64,000 nucleotides of DNA, taken from Alphaproteobacteria bacterium (lineage in GTDB: Bacteria; Pseudomonadota; Alphaproteobacteria; UBA7887). Below, in pieces: positions 58,820 to 64,000 of the stretch. The position numbers and the translations under genes were made by a program. A model generated the notes under the pieces. It was not told the origin of the DNA. It made no database searches and saw only the letters and a list, made by a program, of their open reading frames with translations. The stretch is taken from positions 2,306,308 through 2,370,307 of the forward strand of contig OZ241745.1 of the NCBI GenBank assembly GCA_965201115.1. Direction: 5' to 3'. Each line of letters opens with the position of its first letter. Position 1 is the first letter of the stretch.

Positions 58820-59773
58820 ATGTTCATGAAGGCGATATGGCATCATCCGGCGGGCGGGTGGCTGCGCGAGCGCCTGGCGGGGCTGGAGGCCGCGCACGGT
58901 TTGTCGGTGGAGGTCGTTCCGCCCGGCGAGGACGCGCGTCTCGCCGCCGCGCTGGCCGGGGCCGAGGCGGTGTGGCATGTGCTGGAGCCCTTCCGCGCCG
59001 AATATCTCGCCGCCGCGCCGCGCCTGCGGCTGATCCAGAAAATCGGCGTGGGCGTCAACACCATCGCCGTTGAGGCGGCCTCCGCGCGCGGCGTGGCGGT
59101 GTGCAACATGCCGGGGACGAACAGCCGCGCCGTGGCGGAGCTGGCGCTGGCGCTCATGCTGGCCTGCCTCAGGCGGCTGTTGGAGCTGCACGGCCGCACC
59201 CGCGCCGGCGCGGGCTGGCGCCTGCCGCCCGACATGCCCGAAGGCCTCGGCGAAATCGGCGGGCGGACGGTGGGGCTGGTGGGCTACGGCGCGGTTCCGC
59301 GCGTGCTGGCGCCCGTGCTGCGGCTCATGGGCGCGCGCATCCTCTATACCGCGACCGCGCCGAAGCCCGACGCCGCCGGCGAATGGCGGACGCTCGACCC
59401 CCTGCTCGCCGAGAGCGACATCGTATCGCTGCACGTTCCGCTGACGCCGGAGACGGAAGGCATGATGGACGCGGAACGGATCGCGCGCATGAAAACCGGC
59501 GCGATCCTGATCAACACCGCGCGCGGCGGGCTGACGGATCAAGACGCGCTGTGCGCCGCGCTGGCGGAGGGCCGCCTCGCGGCCGCCGGCCTCGACGTCT
59601 TTGCCGAAGAGCCGCCGCCGGCCGGCGCGCCGATACTCGAACTGCCCAATGTCGTGCTGGCGCCGCACGTGGCGTGGCAGACGCGCGAGACGCTGGAGCG
59701 CAGCCTCGCCGCGGCGGCGGAAAACTGCCGCCGGCTCGCGAGCGGCGAGCCGCTGCTGCACCGCGTTAATTGA
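58820..59773 (+). CDS. D-isomer-specific 2-hydroxyacid dehydrogenase (NAD-binding)
   Basis: Rossmann GxGxxG (LVGYGAVPRV), catalytic His/Arg/Glu context (…NTARGGL…APHVAW…). Confidence 0.8.
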   Translation: MFMKAIWHHPAGGWLRERLAGLEAAHGLSVEVVPPGEDARLAAALAGAEAVWHVLEPFRAEYLAAAPRLRLIQKIGVGVNTIAVEAASARGVAVCNMPGTNSRAVAELALALMLACLRRLLELHGRTRAGAGWRLPPDMPEGLGEIGGRTVGLVGYGAVPRVLAPVLRLMGARILYTATAPKPDAAGEWRTLDPLLAESDIVSLHVPLTPETEGMMDAERIARMKTGAILINTARGGLTDQDALCAALAEGRLAAAGLDVFAEEPPPAGAPILELPNVVLAPHVAWQTRETLERSLAAAAENCRRLASGEPLLHRVN

Positions 59774-59886
59774 CGCGCGCCGACACGGCCGCGCGGCTTG
59801 CGTTCCGGCGGCGCCCGCGGTAGCGTAACCCCCGTGCCGGGCGCCGGACGAATTCGCCGCCGGGCCGAGGGAAAGGAAACGGGCGC

Positions 59887-60507
59887 ATGGGCATAGCCGT
59901 TCCGGGGCGGCGGGTCGAACTGCTCTCGATGGACCCGCATTTCCGCGACATAACCGTTGCGCTGTATTGGCAGGCGGGCCCGGCGAGCTATCTCGTGCAT
60001 TCGTTCAGCGGCCTTTCGGGCGCCGATGGGCGCGTCGCCGGGATCGCCGCCTCAATGCGCGCGCTGGGCGGCATGGAGGCGGCCGGCGCGCCCGGCGCCG
60101 TGCGCTTCTCGTGCGGCGATCCCCACACGCTCGCCGCGCGGCGGCTGTTCATCGAGGCCTGCAAGATCGCGCCCGGCGGCGCGGTCGAGCCGCGCCCCAT
60201 GCAGGCGGAGGACAAGAAGTCGGGCCAGACAATCCGCGCCGCTTCGCTCGGCGGCGGGCGCTACCGCGTCTCCTCCGCCGGCAGCGATACACGGCGCGTT
60301 CTCGCGGTCGCGCGCGGGCTGACGCGGCTGGCCGAGATGCGCGCGGTCGAGGGCGCCGGCGACGAAGTGGAGTTCGCCTGCGGGCGCGCCCACGACCCGC
60401 TGATCGGCCTGCTTATGGTGCGCGCCTTGAATCTGCGCGCCGTGATGCGCGAGATCGAGATGCAGGCGGCGCGCGGCGTGCTTGCCGCGCCGAGCGCGCA
60501 GAACTGA
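59887..60507 (+). CDS. Hypothetical protein (206 aa), possibly accessory to the adjacent corrinoid methyltransferase module
   Basis: ORF with typical codon bias; no assignable motif. Confidence 0.35.
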   Translation: MGIAVPGRRVELLSMDPHFRDITVALYWQAGPASYLVHSFSGLSGADGRVAGIAASMRALGGMEAAGAPGAVRFSCGDPHTLAARRLFIEACKIAPGGAVEPRPMQAEDKKSGQTIRAASLGGGRYRVSSAGSDTRRVLAVARGLTRLAEMRAVEGAGDEVEFACGRAHDPLIGLLMVRALNLRAVMREIEMQAARGVLAAPSAQN

Positions 60508-60548
60508 CCCGCGAGACATTTTTTTCGCGCAACCGGGGAGCTCCGATC

Positions 60549-61595
60549 ATGACCGAACCCGTCCCTGCGATGACTTCGCGCGAGCGCGTACTGGCCGCGC
60601 TGGCGCGCCGGCCGGTCGACCGCACGCCGGCGTGCAACCCGACCTCCGTGGCCACGGTCGAGTTGATGGACCTGGTGGAGGCGCATTTTCCCGCCGCCAA
60701 CCGCGAGGCGGAGGCCATGGCGCGCCTCGCCGCCACGGGCTACACCGAGCTCGGCTTCGACTCGATCATGCCCGTGTTTTCCATCATCCAGGAGTCCTCG
60801 GCTCTCGGCTGCAAGATGCAGTGGGAGCAGAAGGACAACTGGCCCACCGTGCGCATGCGCGAGCCGATCTGGCGAGACGCCGACGACATCGTCATCCCGA
60901 ACGACCTGCTTACCCACCCCGACACCGCCTGCGTGATCGAGGCGATCCGCATTCTCCGCCGCGAATACGGCGACGAGGCGGCGATTATCGGCAAGACGAT
61001 GGGGCCGTGGTCGCTCGGCTACCACTGCTTCGGCGTCGAGCCCTTCCTGCTGCTGTCGCTCGACGATCCCGGACGCACGAAACTCGTTCTCGACCGGCTG
61101 AAGGAGGCCACGGTCCAGTTCGGCCTGGCGCAGATCGACGCCGGCGCCGACGCGCTTACCCTGCCCGATCACGCCACCGGCGACCTGGTGAGCGGCGAGT
61201 ACTACGAACGCTACCTGAAGGAGCTCCACGCCGAGTTCGCCGAGCGCCTGCCGATCCCGCTGATCCTGCATATCTGCGGGCGCACGGTCGATCGGATGCC
61301 CTTCATCGCCGAGACCGGCATGGCCGCGTTCCATTACGATTCGAAAAACAAGCCGCGCGAGTCGATGGACGCGGTGAACGGCGGCATCGCCCTGGTGGGC
61401 AACATCAACAACCCCGAGACGCTGTTCGCGCGCGGGCCGGAGGAAGTGCGCGCCGAGGTGTTCGCCAACCTCGACGCCGGCGTGCAGATGGTGGGGCCGG
61501 AATGCGCCGTGCCGCTTCAGGCGCCGCTCGAGAACCTGATGGAAATCCCCCGCGCCGTGCGCGACTGGAGCGCCGCGCGCGCGCCGGTCCACTGA
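60549..61595 (+). CDS. Uroporphyrinogen-decarboxylase-like methyltransferase (MtaA/MtbA/CmuA-type methylcobamide methyltransferase)
   Basis: ATG 60549 (MTEPVPAMTSRERVLAAL…); URO-D fold features (…ILHICG…); followed by cognate corrinoid protein. Confidence 0.7.
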   Translation: MTEPVPAMTSRERVLAALARRPVDRTPACNPTSVATVELMDLVEAHFPAANREAEAMARLAATGYTELGFDSIMPVFSIIQESSALGCKMQWEQKDNWPTVRMREPIWRDADDIVIPNDLLTHPDTACVIEAIRILRREYGDEAAIIGKTMGPWSLGYHCFGVEPFLLLSLDDPGRTKLVLDRLKEATVQFGLAQIDAGADALTLPDHATGDLVSGEYYERYLKELHAEFAERLPIPLILHICGRTVDRMPFIAETGMAAFHYDSKNKPRESMDAVNGGIALVGNINNPETLFARGPEEVRAEVFANLDAGVQMVGPECAVPLQAPLENLMEIPRAVRDWSAARAPVH

Positions 61596-61616
61596 CCGCG
61601 GAACGGGAGGCGCCGC

Positions 61617-62366
61617 ATGGCCGGGCTCGCCGATATCGCGAACGGGATCGTTCGCGAGGAAATCGAGGAGTATCTCGAACGACCCGAGGAAATTGCGCGC
61701 AATATCGAGCTGTTCGCGCGCGCCCGCCCGCTCATGCAGGACATCGCCGCCGGCATTATCGAGGGCGACGACGGCGAGGTCGATGCGCTCACCCGCCGCG
61801 CCCTCGACGAAGGCGTCGAGGCGCTCGAAATCATGGACGACGGGCTGATCGCCGGCATGGGCATCGTCGGCATCAAGTTCCGCGAGAATTTCATCTTCGT
61901 CCCCGAGGTGCTCGCCTGCGCGCGCGCCATGAAAGCGGGCATGGCGCATATCGAACCCATCCTTTCGGCGTCGGGGATAGAGCCTGTCGGCACGGTGGTG
62001 ATGGGAACGGTGAAGGGCGACCTCCACGACATCGGCAAGAACCTGTGCATCATGATGCTGCGCGGGGCCGGTTTCGTCGTCCACGATCTGGGCGTCGATA
62101 CTTCCGAGGACGAGTTCATCGAGGCGGTGGAGCGCCACGGCGCGCCGGTGCTCGGCATGTCCGCCTTGCTCACCACCACCATGCCCAACATGGGCAAGAC
62201 CATCGAGGCGTTTATCGACGCCGACCTGCGCGACGATGTGCGCATCATGGTCGGCGGCGCGCCGGTGACGCAGGAGTTTGCCGACGACATGGGCGCCGAC
62301 GGCTACGGCAAGGACGCGCTCGCCTGCGTCGCGCTCGCCCGGGAACTCGTAAGCGCCGACGCCTGA
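61617..62366 (+). CDS. Corrinoid (B12-binding) protein of methyltransferase system
   Basis: B12-binding-2 helical cap plus Rossmann-like domain with DxHxxG motif (GDLHDIGKN) and …GMSALLTTTM…. Confidence 0.8.
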   Translation: MAGLADIANGIVREEIEEYLERPEEIARNIELFARARPLMQDIAAGIIEGDDGEVDALTRRALDEGVEALEIMDDGLIAGMGIVGIKFRENFIFVPEVLACARAMKAGMAHIEPILSASGIEPVGTVVMGTVKGDLHDIGKNLCIMMLRGAGFVVHDLGVDTSEDEFIEAVERHGAPVLGMSALLTTTMPNMGKTIEAFIDADLRDDVRIMVGGAPVTQEFADDMGADGYGKDALACVALARELVSADA

Positions 62367-62372
62367 CTGCCC

Positions 62373-62696
62373 ATGCCCCCCCCGGACAAGGACGAACTCC
62401 AGAAACGGCTCGACCGCATCGGCGAAATCTTCGGCGCGATGGTGACGCACGCCGACGCGCAGGCGAAAACCCGCTGCCCCTACCGCGACAAGCGCGATCT
62501 CTGCACGGCGCATATCCGCTGCCGCCACCAGCTGCCGCTCGACGCCGGCGAGGCCCGCCTTATGTGTACCCACGACGGGAACTTCGATTACCGTCTCGCG
62601 TGGGAAACCCGGCCCGACAGCCGCGAACGCGCCAAACGGCGCATCGAGGCGATCCGCGAACGCGCGGCCGCGCGGCGCAAGACCGGCGGCGCGTGA
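62373..62696 (+). CDS. Small Cys-rich hypothetical protein (107 aa)
   Basis: Four spaced Cys (…TRCPYRDKRDLCTAHIRC…MCTHDG…); stop overlaps next gene start. Confidence 0.35.
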   Translation: MPPPDKDELQKRLDRIGEIFGAMVTHADAQAKTRCPYRDKRDLCTAHIRCRHQLPLDAGEARLMCTHDGNFDYRLAWETRPDSRERAKRRIEAIRERAAARRKTGGA

Positions 62697-64000
62697 GCCG
62701 GGTCCGCCACGGCGGCGAGGCGCGCGACGCCGTTGTCGGGCGCAGCGTCTTCGATTACGCCGACGAACTCGCGGTCGAGGTCGCCACGTCGTGCGGCCGC
62801 ACCGGCCGCTGCCGCGAATGTGTCGTCGAAATCCACAGCGGCCTCGAGGCGCTGACGCCGCGCGGCGAGGCGGAAGCGTTCCTCCGCGACCCCTACCGCC
62901 TCGCCTGCCAGGCGCGCCTCGCCGCCGACGATACGGAGATCCTCTTTGCGCCGCTGCGCCGCCGTCCGCGCATCGTGACCCTCGGCGCCGCGCGCGCGCC
63001 GGTCGAACGCGCCCCGATGGCGGTCCGGCGCGGCGGCGAAGTCCTGTACGACGGCGCGCCCATCGACAATTACCGCGGGCGCATCCTCGGCGTCGCCGTC
63101 GATCTCGGCACCACCACCGTAGTCATGGACATCGTGGACCTGGAAACCGGCGCGTCGGTGGAGACGGTGGCGTTCGAGAACCCGCAGCGCTTCGGCGGCA
63201 GCGACGTCATGAGCCGCATCTCCTACGAAGCCGACGCGGGCCGCGGTCCCTTGCGCGAGGCCGCCGTCTCCGCGCTCAATCGCGAAATCCGCAACGCCGC
63301 CCGCCGCCGCGGCTTCGCCCGCCGCGCCATCTACGAAATCGTCGTCGCCGGCAACTCCACCATGCGCGACATCCTCTTCGGCTACGACGTGCAGTCCATC
63401 GGGCAGAAACCCTACAAGTCGCTGACGGAGCATGAGTGGCGCGCGGGCAAGCGCGACGGCACGGCGCTTTCCGTCGAGGCGTGGGACCTCGGCCTGCGCG
63501 TCAACCGCCGCGCCCGCGCCTGCGGGCTGCCGCTGATCGCCAGCCATGTGGGCGCCGACACCGCCGCCTGCCTTCTCGCCATCGACCTGGCGCATGGCGG
63601 CAAGCCCGTCATGCTCGTCGATATGGGCACCAATACCGAGGTAGTGGCCGCGGCGGGCGGTCGTATCGTCGCCGCGTCCTGCCCCGCCGGCCCGGCTTTC
63701 GAGGGCGGGCTGGTGGAGTTCGGGATGCCGGCGGCGGACGGCGCCATCGAGTCGATCCGCCGCGGCGCCGACGGGCGCTTCGCCTGGCGCACGGTCGGCG
63801 GCGCGCCGCCGGAGGGCCTGTGCGGCTCGGGCCTTATCGATCTCCTCGCCGAGCTGCGCCGCGGCGGCGTCATGACCGCCAAGGGCGTCTTCGCCGCCGA
63901 CCGCAAGCGCTTCGCCATCCCGGTCGTCGAGGAGCGCGGCATCCGCTTTTCGAAGCGCGACGCCAGCAACCTGGCCCAAGCCAAGGCCGCCAACTATTGC
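62693..64000 (+). CDS. RamA-like corrinoid activation (reductive activase) protein: N-terminal 2Fe-2S ferredoxin + ASKHA ATPase domain; continues beyond window
   Basis: GTG 62693 overlapping upstream TGA; my own translation gives …SCGRTGRCRECVVEI… (ferredoxin Cys cluster) then …GVAVDLGTTTVVMDIVDLETG… and …VDMGTNTEVV…CPAGPAFEGG… (actin-like ATPase motifs); not in supplied ORF track because it runs off the end. Confidence 0.65.
   Translation, partial: MSRVRHGGEARDAVVGRSVFDYADELAVEVATSCGRTGRCRECVVEIHSGLEALTPRGEAEAFLRDPYRLACQARLAADDTEILFAPLRRRPRIVTLGAARAPVERAPMAVRRGGEVLYDGAPIDNYRGRILGVAVDLGTTTVVMDIVDLETGASVETVAFENPQRFGGSDVMSRISYEADAGRGPLREAAVSALNREIRNAARRRGFARRAIYEIVVAGNSTMRDILFGYDVQSIGQKPYKSLTEHEWRAGKRDGTALSVEAWDLGLRVNRRARACGLPLIASHVGADTAACLLAIDLAHGGKPVMLVDMGTNTEVVAAAGGRIVAASCPAGPAFEGGLVEFGMPAADGAIESIRRGADGRFAWRTVGGAPPEGLCGSGLIDLLAELRRGGVMTAKGVFAADRKRFAIPVVEERGIRFSKRDASNLAQAKAANYC

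Overview
This 64-kb window comes from a very high-GC genome (about 70%). It is probably an alphaproteobacterium, because it carries a GcrA cell-cycle regulator and a ctaC-ctaD-ctaB-ctaG-ctaE aa3 oxidase operon.

Main content, in order:

- Bases 1-8878 hold the 3' half of a type I-C CRISPR-Cas locus: a cas7 fragment, then cas4, cas1 and cas2, an AT-richer leader, and an array of about 55 spacers. The array repeat is 33-34 bp and ends in GGATTGAAAC. The array terminates in a degenerate repeat. An HD-helicase cas3 follows on the opposite strand, converging on the array.
- A Dpp/Gsi-type ABC importer (SBP, two permeases, fused double ATPase) and the housekeeping genes fmt and truA.
- An accessory patch at about 15.96-21.3 kb. 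It contains a perfect 20-bp palindrome, a C-terminal remnant of a DDE transposase, a secreted caspase(C14)/peptidoglycan-binding/TonB-C fusion protein, an N-terminally decapitated family-III CoA-transferase, and a lower-GC two-gene cassette. The cassette encodes an ABC/AAA-type ATPase and a small TOPRIM-like (Glu...DxD) protein with overlapping stop/start codons. This split OLD/PARIS/AbiL-like architecture makes it a candidate defence system.
- Core metabolism genes: gloB, a HAD hydrolase, a CoxL/XDH-family molybdoenzyme, a DSD1-like PLP enzyme, gcrA, an IMPase, and efp.
- Two giant paralogous autotransporters (2142 aa and about 1885 aa). Their C-terminal beta-barrel segments are near-identical and their passenger domains are internally repetitive. 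An Rpn/YhgA-like recombination-promoting nuclease gene lies between them. Arrays of a dual-hairpin REP-like repeat flank both.
- Homopolymeric tracts lie just upstream of both autotransporter genes (G23 and G17) and upstream of a Sel1-repeat lipoprotein gene (C22). All three are poly-C in the sense orientation. This is a classic slipped-strand phase-variation arrangement.
- A proline-rich lipoprotein, a LexA/S24-like regulator, TldD, and the cox operon (coxB, coxA, ctaB, a small CoxF-like ORF, ctaG, ctaE).
- A lower-GC three-gene operon with overlapping genes: a 401-aa unknown, a 424-aa P-loop NTPase and a 259-aa PD-(D/E)xK nuclease-like protein. A gene-poor low-GC gap follows it. This looks like a horizontally acquired defence-like cassette of unrecognised type.
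- A 2-hydroxyacid dehydrogenase and a corrinoid-dependent methyltransferase module: an MtaA/CmuA-like methyltransferase, a B12-binding corrinoid protein, a small Cys-rich ORF, and a RamA-like activase that runs off the window end.

Many long ORFs in the six-frame track are antisense or repeat-derived artefacts of the GC bias.
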